64,000 nucleotides of DNA from Octopus vulgaris (GCA_951406725.2 OX597830.1:21142001-21206000), one strand, 5' to 3'; positions 1-15,658 are shown, counted from the stretch's first letter. Notes: generated by a model not told the origin, from the letters alone. A program made the numbers and translations.

Positions 1-65
1 TATCACGATGTAATCTTTTATGACTGCATTGCTACCAAAACAATAGTTGTCCTAAATTTTAAACT

Positions 66-433
66 CCATGGCTCTGGGTTCAGTCCCACTGTGTGGCTCC
101 TTGGGCAAGTGTCTTCTACTGTAGCCTCGGGCTGACCAAAGCCTTGTGAATGGATTTGGTAGACAGACACTGAAAGAAGCCCCTCATATATATGTATATG
201 TATGTATATTTTATGTATGTCTTTGTGTCTATGTTTGGTCCCTCCACCATTGCCTGACAACCGATGTTGGTGTGTTTACATCCCCCATAACTTAGTTGTT
301 CAGTGTAAGAGACCGATATAATGTAAGTACTAGGCTTACAAAGAATAAGTCTTGGGGTTCCATAGCTTCCACTAAGGACCCTCTAATGTGGTGCTTTAGC
401 ATAGTTGCACTCAAAATGACTGAAACAAGTAAA
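66..433 (+). mobile_element. tRNA-derived SINE, family A (most abundant family; octopus OR/CORE-like by recollection)
   Basis: B-box-like GGTTCAGTCCC, core ccttgggcaagtgtcttctactatagcc, internal (TA/TG)n, tail tgactgaaacaagtaaaag shared with more than 12 other copies. Confidence 0.85.
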
Positions 434-577
434 AGAATATCAAAATAATGACATACACACATGCTAGCGTGGGAAAATGGAACGGAAATGAATGAATGAA
501 CAAACACCACATGCATCATCCTTGGACAGCGTTGAGATCTGTCCCCGCCCACCCAGCCCCATCTCCCTATGTTAAAA

Positions 578-1090
578 GTGAGATTTACCTGCTATTTTTT
601 GCAGATTGATTTACCATGCAGCTAATTTGTAGTGTGTGTTTTAAGGGATGTTTGGCTGCTATTTCTAGCAGCTCTGGGACTACATTAATCCAGTGTCCTT
701 CCTTTTCTTCATTTGTAGTATGTGATTTAAATGAGATTTACCTGCTATTTCTAGCAGATTGAGTTACCATGTAGTCAATTTGTAGTGTTTTAAGAGATAT
801 CTGACTGGTATTTCTAGCAGCTCCAGGACAACATTAATTCAATATGTCCTTTTTCTTAATTTGTAGTCTGTGATGTGAGATTTGGCTGCTGTTTCTAGCA
901 GATTGAGTTACCATGTAGTCAGTTAGTAGTATTTTAAGGGGTATTTGACTGCTATTTCTAGCAGCTCCAGGACTACATTAATCAAATATGTCCATCTTTT
1001 TCTTAATTTGTACCATGTAATTTAAATGAGATTTGGCTGCTATTTCTAACAGATCTGAGACTACATTAATCCAGTGTGCCCTTTTTTCTT
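578..1090. repeat. Imperfect tandem repeat, ~150-bp period built from two related ~70-80 bp monomers, ~3.5 copies
   Basis: gagatttRSctgctatttctagcag recurs near 580, 733, 877 and 1028, with related half-units in between. Confidence 0.7.
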
Positions 1091-1134
1091 AACCTGAAAT
1101 AATGTGGTGATTTAACCCTTTTGTTATATTCCAT

Positions 1135-1550
1135 GGGCGTGGCTGTGTGGTAAGAAGCTTGCTTACCAACCTCATGGTTCCGGGTTCAGTCTCATCGCAT
1201 GGCACCTTGGGAAAGTGTCTTCTAATATAGCCTTAGGCCAACCAGAGCCTTGTGAGTGGATTTGGTTGACGGAAGCTGGAAGAAGCATGTCATGTGTGTG
1301 TGTGTGTGTGTGTGTGTATTTGTGTCTGTGTCTGTGTTTGCCTCCACCATCATCACTCGACAACCAATAGTGGTGTGTTCATGTCTCCGTAACTTAGCAG
1401 TTCAGCGTTAGAGACTGATTGAATGAGTGCTGGGCTAACAAAGAATAAGTCCTGAGATTGATCTCTTCAACTGAAAAAAACCCAAAAAACTTTTGAAGAC
1501 GGTGCTCCAGCATGGCCACAGTCTCAGATGACTGAAACCAGTAAAAGAAT
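1135..1550 (+). mobile_element. SINE family A, full length
   Basis: A-box TGGCTGTGTGG, B-box GGTTCAGTC, family core and tail. Confidence 0.85.
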
Positions 1551-2746
1551 ATTCCTGTTGAAATATCACTTTTGTTTCAATTAATTTTGATTAACAATGA
1601 AGAATTTGGTGAGGCATCTTCCTCATTTACTAAGCTGATGTTTGGCACCTAAATTAACAATGAGAATTTTGCTGGGATCTTTCAATTTACATCACTTTGA
1701 AACAAGGTCTTATCATAGAATTGGTTGGTGGAGGGTCAGCTTCAGGCATGTTGGTATCAAAAGGGTTATGTGAGATTTGGCTGCTATTTCTAGCAAGTCG
1801 AGTCACCATGTTGTCCCTCCTTCTTTATTGGTGGTGGTGGTGGTGGAGGATAAATTCCCAAGCTATGAAGTGTGTTTAATGGCGGTGGTACCAACCAACC
1901 AACCAGCATTGTGGTAAGTGGTTGTGGCGGTGACAGTGATGGCGCTGAAGGTAATCTGAGGTGTTTTTCAAAAGTTTTAGGATGTGAGTAAGAGAGGTAA
2001 GGGGGTTGGATAGAAAAGACAAATTCCCCCCTTGTCTGATGGTAGTGGCAGAGGCGGTAGTGGTGGTGGTGGTGGTGGTGGCGGAATGGTGGGAATTGTA
2101 CTGGAAGAGCCATTCCACCACTATCACAGAGGGGAGTGGCAGTGTAAAAGCAGGTGTGATGATGATGGTGGTGGCGGTGGTGGTGGTGGTGGTGGTGGTG
2201 GTGGTGGCGGTGGTGGCGGGAGAGAAGGCTTGTAAAATTGGTATTCATTGGAACTTAGTTGTTAGTTCTCTCTCATTCTTCCTCCTCTCTCTCTCTCTCT
2301 CTCTATCTATCTATTTCTCCCTACTTCATCTTCCATCATTCTTTTCTCCATCACTATTACCTTCTTTCCCTCTCTCTCTCTCTCTCGTCTCCCTTTCTCT
2401 CTCTCTCTCTCTCTCTCTCTTCGTCTCCCTTTCTCTCTCTCTCTCTCCTCTCCATTACTCTCTTTCTCTACCTTCATCACCCATCCTTTTCTCTCTCGTC
2501 CCTCTATCTCTTTCTCTCTCTCTCTCTCTCTCTCTCCATCTTCATCCTTCATAATCCCTCTCCATCACTACCACCCCTGCATCCTTTCTCTCTCTTCCCC
2601 TTTCTCTATCTCTCTCCCTCTCTCTCTCTTCCTCTCTCCCTCCCTCTCCCTCCCTCTCTCCAGTTAACTCTTCTATATGTCAGCAGTTAAGTCACTAGGA
2701 TCACATGAAACATATGTAAGGTTACATTTAATGAGAGAAAGGTAGG

Positions 2747-2785
<39 letters not shown>

Positions 2786-2978
2786 ATAAAGTAGTGGTGG
2801 GGAGAGGTATACGTTGCATGGTGGCAATTACCTATTTCCTGTTCTTTCCATCTCCTCACCCTTCCCCCCCCCCCATCACTGTCATCTTCCATTCTTTCCC
2901 AGCCACATCAGCACAGTATGATGACAACCCACAGTGATAATGATGGAGGTGATGATGATGAGGATGCTGAGGATGATA

Positions 2979-3012
<34 letters not shown>

Positions 3013-3313
3013 GGTGAGGCACATAGATGTGGAATAGGAAGAAACAGAAGTCCTGTTTATTTCCCTCTCTTCTTGTATTGTGTACCTACCTCTACCTAAA
3101 ACCATACCTTTTTCACTGACTGATCTGATCTGGTGGGTGGAGGCACCATCCACCCCTGTGTCTGTGTGTCCCCTTCCTTACCCCTCCGAAATCTACCGCT
3201 CCCATTCCACTTTATTACTTACTTGCAACAACCCTCCTTATCACCACTACCACTGCTCCCTCTCAGTATACACGCACATGCACTCAGATATATACATATA
3301 TATATATATACAT

Positions 3314-3367
<54 letters not shown>

Positions 3368-3417
3368 GCATATGTATGAGTATATATATATATATATATA
3401 TATATGCATATGTATGA

Positions 3418-3459
<42 letters not shown>

Positions 3460-3507
3460 GCATATGTATGAGTATATATATATATATATATATATGCATA
3501 TGTATGA

Positions 3508-3541
<34 letters not shown>

Positions 3542-3572
3542 TCATACATATGCACATATGTTAACATATATA

Positions 3573-3915
3573 TTCTTTTATTTGTTTCAGTCATTTGACT
3601 GCAGCCATGCTGGAGCACCACCTTTAGTCGAACAAATCAACCCCAGGACTTATTCTTTGTTAGCCTAGTAGTTATTCTATCAGTCTCTTTTGACGAACCG
3701 CTAAGTTACGGGGACGTAAACACACCAGCTCCGGTTGTCAAGCAATAGTGGGGGAGACAGACACAGGAACATACACACATATATATATGACGGGCTTCTT
3801 TCAGTTTCCGTCTATCAAATCCACTCACAAGGCTTTGGTCGGCCCGAGGCTATAGTAGAAGACACTTGTCAAAAGTGCCACACAGAGGGACTGAACCCGG
3901 AACCACTCCTGCACC
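3573..3915 (-). mobile_element. SINE family A, reverse orientation
   Basis: Reverse complement of the family consensus (ttgtttcagtcatttgactgcagccatgctggagcaccacc...gggactgaacccggaacc). Confidence 0.85.
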
Positions 3916-5152
3916 TTATATATATATATATACACATGCATATATACTCACATACATATGTATATATGTCCACATACATAAACACGCACACATATTTATA
4001 TATTTATTATAACTGTTCTATATCCTACCTTCAACTGATGACTTGAACAAACCTCCCACCCATGGCAAACCCTCATTGCCTTTCTATCATAATTAGCTTG
4101 ATACCTTCATCAATTTAAATAGTCTGCCCACCACACACACATACACACCTCCTGTTTGGCTAATGGTGGTATTCAACCCCCTCTCCCCTCCCGTTAACTG
4201 CCACCCCTACACTGCCCCACACCAGTCATTGACCTAATGGTTATAATTGAAACCACAGCCAATTAATATCATCACCACCACTACTACTACTACTACTACC
4301 ACTAGTTCTGTTCTTAGAATAATTATCTACCTTCACCAACTAACCTTTACCAAGCTAGTGGAGGTGGGCGGTGGCTGTCTGTGGTTGTCTGACCTGCTGG
4401 AAAAAATGGCTAATTCCTCCCTCAAAATGTCACATTAGATGGGACAAAGGTGGATTTTGATGCTCATGAAATACACAAGGGAAAGAAAATAATGGGATTG
4501 TGCTCCCCCCCAAATACCTTTAGTTGTAAGTAGGTTTGTGCCTGCTTGATCTGGCTGACCTAGGGTTGAACAGCAACAACAACAGCAACATAAATAATAA
4601 ACCTTAACCATTAGCCAACCACTTAAACCATCATCATCACCATCACTATTGCCAGTCATTAGTACCTCAACCACTTTTATAATTAAGCTACCTTCACTGC
4701 TTAATTAATTTCACCACCTGCTCACCTTGCCATGACCACCACCACCAAAAACAACAACAACTTGGTCATTACTGCAGATGATTATAACTAGCAAAGTCAA
4801 TCTGGCTAATTAACACAGCCACCTCCCCTCACTCCCCACTCCCCGAACCACCATTATGTTGCTTCCTCCTCACCCATCTCCTTCATCTCATTCCTGTCTT
4901 TGACCTGGCAGTGGTGGTGGTGGTGGTAGTGGTGGTGGTGATGGTGGTGGTGGTGGTGGTGGTATTTGTTGTCACCCCTTATTTCTATACCACTGGATTC
5001 CTCCACCCATTCTCTTGTCACCACTGGGTCCCCATCTTTTCTTTTTTTTTTCTGCTACACTAACAGCACTGCTATACCCTTTACTTTCACCATTTACCAT
5101 CATAAAAACCACCTTCCCCATCATTGTTGTCATTGCCACAACCATCGGCACC

Positions 5153-5186
<34 letters not shown>

Positions 5187-5496
5187 TCACTGTCATAGCT
5201 ACCACCACCACTACCACCAACATCACCACCTCTATCATATCTACCTACCTCTGTAGATATTAGTAGCAGCACCACCACCACAATCACCACTGCCACCCAC
5301 CCCTATATGAAACCACCCTGTTCCCTATCCATTACCTACCTTATCCCACCAGCACCCTGCTGCCTCTGAGGGCTCATTTATGAGACCCTTACTTACCATT
5401 TTCTATTTCTGTTACATGGGATGATAGGAGAGGGGAGAGCGGGCGGTGGTAGGGGTGTTTACCACTACCATGTTGTTCTTAGTGTTCTAGCTCCCC

Positions 5497-5542
<46 letters not shown>

Positions 5543-6444
5543 ACATACAGGGGACTATTGTAACTTACACTGTTTCTGCTACTCTTACTACAACTCTCAT
5601 ACTTAACACCTCCAGACAAATAAAGGAAGGGTTTGAGGTATGCTTCTCTCTCTCTCTCTCTCTCTCCCTCCCTCCTGCTACTCTCATCTCATGTAACTCA
5701 TAAATCTCTTCATCTTCTCAGCATCCTTTGGCGCTCCCAGAATTGCTTAATCCACAAGTTGTTTTAAATTCTTCGGTGGGGGGGGGGACACATTACACCC
5801 CACCCTCCTCCAATAATTCACTCTGCCTCTCCTACTACTACTACTTCTATCATTATCATTATCATCACCATCAATACCATCCCCACCACAACCACCTGTC
5901 TATTAACCATAATTTTCTACGTACACTTTTCCATGCTTGCATGGGTTGGAAGAGTCACTCTTCTCCAACACAGTGAGCCCCACACACATGCATACATGTA
6001 CACACCCACTTGTGTTATTCCTGGAATTTTATTCCTCCAGCTACTGTCCCTCTTATACTCTTTTTTATTTTCTCCTTGTTTTAATCACTGGACTGCAGCC
6101 GTGCTGGAGCACTTGCCCTGAAGAGTTTATCTGAACAAATCGATCAGCCCATTGCTTATTTTCTTTAAACTCTGATACTTATTCATTTTAGCAGTCTCTT
6201 TTTCCTTTTTATCAAATCTCTAAATTATCTGAGTGCAAACAAACCAACACTGCTTTTCAGACAGTGTTGGGGCACAAGCGCACACACATACACCTATTTA
6301 CACTCTGAGATCTCTTCCAAGAATTAGGATTGTTTAGATACTGGTGTCATGCAACTGGCACCTGTGCCGGTGTCACATAAAAGCACCTGTTATACACTCT
6401 GTAAAATGGTTGGCATTAGGAAGGGCATCCGGCCATAGAAACCA

Positions 6445-6788
6445 TGAGTGGCTGTGTGGTAAGAAGCTTGCTTCTCAACCCCATGGTTCTGGGTTCAATC
6501 CCACTGCGTGGCACCTTGGGCAGGTGTCTTCTACTATAGCCTCAGGCCAACTAAAGCCTTTTGAGTGGATTTGGTAGACAGAAACTAACGGAAATAAATA
6601 CAGACATACATACATATATATGTATATCTGTGTTTGTTCCTCCCTGCCCCATGTTAGTGTGTTTATGTCTGTGTAACCTAGCAGTTCGGCAAAAGAGACC
6701 AATTGAATAAGTTCTAGTGTCGATTTGTTCAATTAAAGGTGGTGCTCCAGCATGGCTGCAGTCAAATGACTGAAACAAGTAAAGGAAT

Positions 6789-6850
<62 letters not shown>

Positions 6851-7030
6851 ATCTTTTACTTGTTCTAGTCATTAGACTCTGGCCATGCTGGGGCACCACC
6901 TTGGAACATTTTAGTCCAGTGAATAGACCCCCAGTACTTAGTTTTGTTTTCTAAACCTGGTACTTACTCTGTTGGTGTTTTTCGCCCAACCACTAATTTA
7001 CAGGGATGTAAACACACCAACACTGGTTGT
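6445..7030. mobile_element. Two family A SINEs tail-to-tail (6445-6787 +; 6851-7030 -, partial) around a (TA)n tract
   Basis: Family tail on both sides of the (TA)n in opposite orientations. Confidence 0.8.
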
Positions 7031-7709
7031 TGAGCAGGGAGAGGATGGGATGGGAGGGAGAAAGAGTGTTCGTGTCTCCTTTATTGGACATGGTGGAATG
7101 CGATGATTGTAAGCGAGTGTCCCCGTCCTGTAAGTCATGGTTTTTTAATTTCCTCTTCTCCCCCTTGAGGATATGTTCGACTATGCTTGGAAACAGGTGA
7201 CTGTTTAGCAAGAGGATGAGCACCTGGCTGTAGAAAATCAATGTATTCAATGTATCCCAGGTGATCCTTGCTGGCATTTTAGCAGTAAACATCAAAAATG
7301 ATCAGGATGACAATGATGGTGGTGGTGGTGGTGATGAGGATCATGATGATGATGACAATGATGGTGATGGTGATGATGACGGAGGTGGTTATGATGGATG
7401 TTGTGGTGGTGGTGGTGAAGATGAGGATCATGATGATGACAATGACTGTGAGGGTGATGGTGATGATGATGGATGTGGTGGTGGTGGTGGTGGTGGTGAT
7501 AATGATAGAGGATGATGTGGTGGTGGTGATGATGAGGATCCTGATGATGACAATGGTGGAGTTAGTGGTAGTGGTGGTGATGATGTCAATGATGGAGATG
7601 CTGATGATGTCAATGTGGGTGATGATGATGATGATATTTGTATGATAATGTATCTATCTGTCTCTTTCTCCCTAAATTTATCTCTCCCCTTTTCTCTTCT
7701 CTTTTCTAG

Positions 7710-8258
7710 TTGAGACTGAAGAACAGGCAGAACTGAGTAATACAGACAATGCGAAGTCGAAGGGATCTACGACAGCGCCACCTAGCAATGGCTTCCATGA
7801 CAACAACAACAGCCACAATCCTACAAGTGTCTTAGAAGATGGCGGCGGAGACGATGGAGCGGATGAAGATAACAACAAGGATGGGAAGACAAAGAGGCAG
7901 GGGGAAGAGGAAGAGGAGGGGGCTGCTGCTGATGATTCTTTAAATACCGATGCTACCACCACCACTACCACCACAGCCGCAGCAACCAGTACCACGACAA
8001 CCCCCACCGACACGACAGCAGCAGCATCACCAACAGCAACTACAACAGCGGCAGCAGAAGCAACTACAACAACAACAACAAGCACGACAGCTAACACTAA
8101 CACATCCACTGCCACCACCACTGCTACTAGTACTACTACGACTACTTCTGCCAGTAAGGAGGTGGTGAACACAAATGGCACAGTTGGCACAGTGGCACAA
8201 GAGGACGGCAGCAGCAAAGATGGTTCAAAAATGGTCACACAACCAACTGGTGTCGATA
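7710..8258 (+). CDS. ZEB: ZEB coding exon (probable exon 2): acidic and Thr/Ala-rich low-complexity N-terminal region
   Basis: Pyrimidine tract ending ttttctag at 7709; 549-nt open frame (x)ETEEQAELSNTDNAKSKG...KMVTQPTGVD; donor A|GTGAGT at 8259. Phase 1-1 fits the next exon. No diagnostic ZEB motif, so the assignment rests on splice signals and phase. Confidence 0.75.
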
Positions 8259-8269
8259 GTGAGTATTCC

Positions 8270-8307
<38 letters not shown>

Positions 8308-8984
8308 GTTATTATTATTGATTTACTTCTTCAACAGTTTGTGTGTGTATAAGATCAATGTGTTTTGTGATTATAATAATGTGCCTGATGAAATGGTCTG
8401 GTTATTTATTTCTATCGTGTAATATATCAATAAGCATATGAATAACCATTCTATAGAAACATATGTAACAATTAGATAATTCTCTCCATTTATATTCATT
8501 TAGTATTGTGTGAGTGTGTATGTGTAAAGTGGATATATGACTATGTGGTTAAAAATTTTGTCCCCTAGCTATGTGATTACAGGTTCAATACTACTGCATA
8601 ATACTTTTGTCAAGTGTCTGCTATATGTTTATAGACTTATATATGTGTATGTAAATATGTGAGTGTGTGTGCGTGTGTATGCATATGACAGTCTTCATGT
8701 GTGTGTTTATGAGATAATCCCTGTGTTTACATGCATGTGTCTTTCCTCTTCCTATTTCTTGTATTCTCCATCGACTGCCAATATTCCTCATACTAATTCA
8801 TTTCCCAATCAATGATGTTCTTTGTCTTTGTCTGTCTGTCCCTCTCTTGCCAGTCTAGTCCATTGGTTCTGAACCATTTTTAACTTATGGACCCCCTCTG
8901 ATACTGGACCTGCTGAGCCATCATTCAATGTCTAAAAACTCTTATTATATTTTTATAAATAAATATTGCTGTGTAGAAAAGCAC

Positions 8985-9175
8985 CCATGCCAGTGTTGCA
9001 TAAAAGCACCCAGTACACTTTGTAAAGTGGTTGGCATTAAGAAGGGCATCCAGCCATAAAAAAAACTATGCCACAACAGACAGGGAACCTGAACAGCCCT
9101 TCAACTGGTCAGCTCCTGTCAAACCATCCAACCCATGCCAGTATGGAAAATGGACATTAAATGATGATGGTGGTA
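8985..9175 (+). mobile_element. SINE-like family C with (ATG)n tail, inside a decayed hAT-like MITE (~8860-9300)
   Basis: ttggcattaagaagggcatccagcc...catgccagtatggaaaatggacattaaatgatgatg. Further copies at ~21036-21150, 45980-46180, 49870-50000, 52850-53000 and 53132-53320. Confidence 0.7.
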
Positions 9176-9354
9176 ATGACACTGAATTGTACAAAAGAAA
9201 AAAAAGCTTCAAATATTTTGTGTATTGTAAAATTATCCCTAGTTTGTTGCACATAAGCTTCAACAAAATTTTCTATGGACCCAATTTGAGAACCAACAGT
9301 CTAGTCCTTGCATCACTCCCCACAGGCCACCATGTTACATTCTTCCACATCATA

Positions 9355-9620
9355 TCTATTATATAAAATCCGTTCTGTCTGTCTGTGTGTGTGTATCTTC
9401 TAGGATCTCGGGCATCCTCCATCTGATTGCGCTCAAATTTGACATGTAGATACCGATGGTGTCAGGGCATGTATAAGTCTTGAAAAAATTACAAAAATCG
9501 ATTCCAGGTGAGAATGCAATCGATAAAGCCGTGGGAACATGCATTTGTATGCGCAAGTACATCAGCTGTTGCGATCGATACTACGCGTACACGAGAAAAT
9601 GCATGTGCAGTTTGCACAAA
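9355..9620 (+). mobile_element. Probable non-autonomous Helitron, 5' part (3' end not resolved)
   Basis: A|TCTATTATATAAAA start followed by gtctgtctgtgtg, the same layout as the Helitrons at 42471 and 52423; CpGs retained. Confidence 0.5.
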
Positions 9621-10632
9621 AAAAGCTGGCTGGCTTGAAATAATGACACAAAATGCAGTATATTTAAGAGACCAAAAAAGTAAGATCCAAAAGAGATATT
9701 TTCTTCAAACCTGGCATGAAGGAAGGAAAGACTATTTGGTTTCTCAAGAATTTTTTTTTTTTTGCCTTACCTTTGTTTAACAAAACCAAAAATTTTATTG
9801 AAATAAAGGCATGCTTAATTATTTTTTAATGAAAAGAAAACACTGATTGCTTTTTATTCAAGGAAGAAAATACTATTTTCTTGCTAATAAATGATTTTTG
9901 TTGCCTTACAACTTTAAACCAAAAAAAGTGTGGTTTTTTAGTGAAAGAAAACCATTATTGCATTCAATCAAGATTGTTTGAGCTTTATTTCAAGGTGAAT
10001 GTAGTCAAAATACTTCAATTTTAGAAACAAAAGACTATTTGCTTGCTTCTTAATCATGCAATATTTGCATTAAAATCATTTTTCTTTGGACTAGAAAAAA
10101 GTCTATCTTTATTTCTTCTTTTGTTGGTGTCTCAAATTTAGGTTAAATCAGCATTTCTCAAAGGGGAGGCCTATGGGACGGTCGGACAAGTTGTTTTAAG
10201 AAAATTTGGTTTAAATCTTTGACAACTCAGCACCATGCATTGGATGGTGGGGTGTTTTGCTCATATATATATATATATATACATATATGTATATATGATA
10301 AGACTTCTCAAACTTATCAGTAATTTGTCTGCATCCTTTCAAGAAATGTTTACGTTTGTTAGTATAAGCTCATAAAGCCCTGATGAGATTCTGCCCCATG
10401 ATGACCAATTTCTTAACATATGGCCCTACCTAAATGCTTAGAATTACTAATCACCTAGGGGCATAAATCGAGATATATATGTAGGTCTTTGGCATCTGCC
10501 ATTTCTTTTAGAGCTTTATAATTTGTAATTTATTTGTGTTGTTTTTATAAAAAAAACTTTCAACCTCTTTATATAATACAAAAAAATTATTCAAACTTCC
10601 ATAATCCTCCCTTTTCTTCCTTTCACCATTAT

Positions 10633-11640
<1,008 letters not shown>

Positions 11641-12000
11641 GGTGCAGGAGTGGCTGTGTGGTAAGTAACTTGCTAACCAGCCACATGGTTGCGGGTTCAG
11701 TCCCACTGCGTGGCATCTTGGGCAAGTGTCTTCTGCTATAGCCCCGGGCCGATTTGGTAGACGGAAACTGAAAGAAGCCTGTCGTATATATGTATATATA
11801 TATATATATGTGTGTTTGTGTGTCTGTGTTTGTCCCCCTAGCATTGCTTGACAACCGATGCTGGTGTGTTTACGTCCCCGTTACTTACCGGTTCAGCAAA
11901 AGAGACCAATAAAATAAGAATAAGTCCTGGGGTCGATTTGCTCGACTAAAGGCGGTGCTCCAGCATGGCCGCAGTCAAATGACTGAAACAAGTAAAAGAG
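11641..12000 (+). mobile_element. SINE family A, full length, abutting the (TA)n array
   Basis: ggtgcaggagtggctgtgtggtaag head through aaacaagtaaaagag tail. Confidence 0.88.
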
Positions 12001-12019
12001 TACATATACACACACAAAT

Positions 12020-12418
12020 CCAGGTAAAAAATGTAATGGAAAAAAGTCACAGCAGTTTTGTCCAAGGCCATTTTGTCTGGATCCCATAAATATACTGACT
12101 TTTTTCCTAGCCAAAATTGTGACTTTATTACTCTGACTTTTTTTCGTAATTGTGACTTTATTACTGTAACTTTTTCCTAGCCAAAATTGTGACTTTATTA
12201 CTCTGACTTTTTTTCGTAATTGTGACTTTATTACTGTAACTTTTTCCTAGCCAAAATTGTGACTTTATTACTCTGACTTTTTTTCGTAATTGTGACTTTA
12301 TTACTGTAACTTTTTCCTAGCCAAAATTGTGACTTTATTACTCTGACCTTTTTTTCCTAGCCAAAATTGTAACCTTATTACTGTAACTTTTTTTCCTGTG
12401 ACTTTGTTACTGGTCACC
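12020..12418. repeat. 70-bp tandem repeat (~3.5 near-identical copies, 12101-12348) inside an element with inverted ends (MITE-like)
   Basis: tttttcctagccaaaattgt recurs at 12101, 12171, 12241 and 12311; left ggaaaaaagtcacag is inverted relative to the tgtgactttt sub-repeats. Confidence 0.8.
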
Positions 12419-12680
12419 ATATATACTCATATCTAAACCTCTTGATTCACTGAAATAGGATAAATTACATGACTCAATAGATAAGTGTTTAATTGGAAGG
12501 CTCCTGTTTCTATTACTCCGAGTAACACATTCCTGATCATTATGCTGCTGATAGTTGAAAACTGTTTTTTCTTTGATATATCCGTTGATTTTTTTTCTTT
12601 TTTTAATAATCTATGAAGGTTACCTGGAAAGTGCTTGTCTCTTTTCTTTTTTATAAATGCGAAAACTAAAGACCAAACAT

Positions 12681-12717
<37 letters not shown>

Positions 12718-13007
12718 TACACACACTAACAAGTCTATAAAGAGAAAAGAGTATACAAGAAACATTATTTCAGATGCAGGATATTAATGTGTGTGATTTT
12801 ACCTTGTACTTAAGTGTGTGTGTGTGTGTGTGTGTACATGTGTGTGAGAGAGAGAGTGTGTGTAAGAGACAGAGACAGCATGTGTGTTTGTGTGAGTGTG
12901 TGTGTGTGTGTATGTGTGTGTACATGAAGCAGTTAAGTACATGCATTTACAATTATAAATAGCCTGAGTGACTTCTATAAATATATACGTGTATGTGTGT
13001 GTATGTG

Positions 13008-13066
<59 letters not shown>

Positions 13067-13621
13067 GCATATATGTGTATGTGTGTATATAAAGAGAGAG
13101 AGAGGGATTTAGATATGTGAGTGCTTATGTTTGTGTTGTGTATACATACACATGCTTGTATGTGTTAGATAATAGCAGCACCATCATCACCACCACCACC
13201 ACCACCATAACCACTGCCCCCCCCACACACACACACACAACCCCAGGAAATTAGTGTCATTGTGTGACTGTTGATTGTCTTCTTGATTTGATCCTGCAAT
13301 TATTGTCATCAGCTGGACTTCTAATTGGTTGTTTGTTAAGTGGGAGTGCCTGTGGTCAGGTGGTACTACTACTAGTAGTAGTAGTAGTAGTAGTTGCAGT
13401 AGGGTGAGGAGCTAATGGAAATATAACATACACACACATAGTGTCTGTCTTGAGAGCTTACATGTATATGTGGGTGTGTATATATATATATATGTATATA
13501 TATATGAGAGGTTATAGGCCACCAGCCATTAGGGCCTAACTAGATGTATATTGAACTAAGCACTTTATGGATGTGGGACCTTGGGTAACTCAATGAACTG
13601 GCTATAACTATTTTTCTCTTA

Positions 13622-13850
13622 AACAACCAACCACATAGGGGTCTCCCTTATCAGGCCTTCTTGGCTCTTGAGGTGATGATCTGTTCTGTATGTGTGTGTG
13701 TATGAGAGAGAGAGAGAGAGAGAGACTGACTATGTGCGAATCTACACACAGCAGGTTTGTGATACTGTCATACTGTGTATGTATAACCATGTAATATGCC
13801 AGACATTAGACTTTTTGACATAATGTACTGTGTGTGTATGCAGGTAGGTG

Positions 13851-13905
<55 letters not shown>

Positions 13906-14182
13906 CTAGTATAGCGCCAGGTGGTGCTATTAAGTTGGACATGGCCTGGGCCAATACTGGCCAAAACCTTTCTAAGTTATATATATGTGTGTGTGTGTGT
14001 GTGTGTGACACCCAACAGCCCAACGTGAGGTACAGACAAGGGCAGCAGAACCAAACTCCATTATACACCAAATGTACCAACAGCTGGGACAAAGATAGAT
14101 ACAGGAGTGGTGATGTGAAACACCCAGACTAAGGAAGTCAGAAAGACAATGCTGGTGCTCCAGCATGGCCACAGCCGCATAA

Positions 14183-14226
<44 letters not shown>

Positions 14227-14350
14227 TGCAGGAGTGGCTGTTTGGTAAGTAGTTTGCTTATCCACCACATGGTTCCTGGTTTGTCTAGCCTTGGGCCAAC
14301 CAAAGACTTGTGATTGGATTCGGTAGGCGGAAACTGAAAGAAGCCTGTTG

Positions 14351-14424
<74 letters not shown>

Positions 14425-14817
14425 AATGGCGGTGCCCCAGCATGGCCACAGCTCATAGGCTGGAACTGGAATCAATCAATCAATCAATCATATATATACT
14501 CACACACATCTGTTCTACTCAATCACTCTTGGTTATTCACTGCCAAGTTTTCCCTAACCTGTTGATCAAAGGTGCTCCTTCCATGACCATCCAATCTTTT
14601 TTACTTCCTTTTTCTTTTTTGTGTGTGTGTGTGTGCATTGCGTATCTAGGTCCACTTCCTGCAATGTATATCTTCCCTTTCTTTTAAACACAATGAGCTG
14701 TGGTTTGAGATTTACCTGCTATTTTCAGCAACTCAACAACCAACCAACCAACCACATAAGGGTCTCCCTTATCAGGCCTTCTTAGCTTTTGAGGTGGTGA
14801 TCGGTTCTCTGTGGGTT

Positions 14818-14860
<43 letters not shown>

Positions 14861-15044
14861 GTAAGAGACTGACTATGTGCGAATCTACACACTGCAGGTT
14901 TGTGATACTGTCATACTGTGTATGTATAACCATGTAATATGCCAGACATTAGTCTTTTTGACATAATGTACTGTTTGTGTGTGTGTGTCTGCAGGTAGGT
15001 GTATATGTGTGTGTGTGTATATGTGTGTGTATGTGCCTAGTATA
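13622..15044. repeat. Local direct duplication of ~300 bp (13622-13913 and ~14741-15044)
   Basis: Both copies share gtctcccttatcaggccttctt...gactgactatgtgcgaatctacacac...gccagacattag...gcctagtata. Confidence 0.85.
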
Positions 15045-15368
15045 CTTATTAACAGGACTTTGAATCTGTGTGTGTGTGTGTGTGTTTGTCAGCCTTTCTC
15101 TGTGGCTCTGTTCTTTTTTGTCTAATTGCCATGTTGTCTCTCTATTCTAATTGCCCTGTTTGCTTGTCTGTTTAATGTGTGTGTGTGTGTGTGTGTGTGT
15201 ATACATGATTGTCAGATGTTAAATTACATCCAAATTACACACACACACACATTTACATACATAAATATATATACACACATACATTCTACTTGAGGTCTTC
15301 TGTACATTACTATTACAGATGGGAAAAAATGTGTGTGTATACACATACTCTGTCCCTCTCTCTCCCTC

Positions 15369-15478
<110 letters not shown>

Positions 15479-15658
15479 CAGTCAGATGAAAAGCAGGGTA
15501 TGTATGTTATACAGATAATATATAATATAATGATTTCAGCATACACACACACACACCTGTTATTTAATATTCTGTGTTCACTTGTGTATATCTGAGTATG
15601 TGTGTGTATGTCTGTATATGTATGTGTGTGTGTATGTATATGTGTGTGTGTGTGTATG

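Noticed and set aside
7261-7645. Asp/Gly-rich ORF upstream of exon 7710
   Set aside because: (GAT/GGT)n simple repeat with in-frame stops and no convincing splice sites.
1-7709. ZEB first coding exon with the RRKQxNPRR-type motif
   Set aside because: Not found by eye in the window; the phase 1 start of exon 7710 implies it lies further upstream.
10378-10420. CTGATGAG hammerhead core (also ctgatgaa at ~47485)
   Set aside because: No downstream stem II plus GAAA and no closing stem I.
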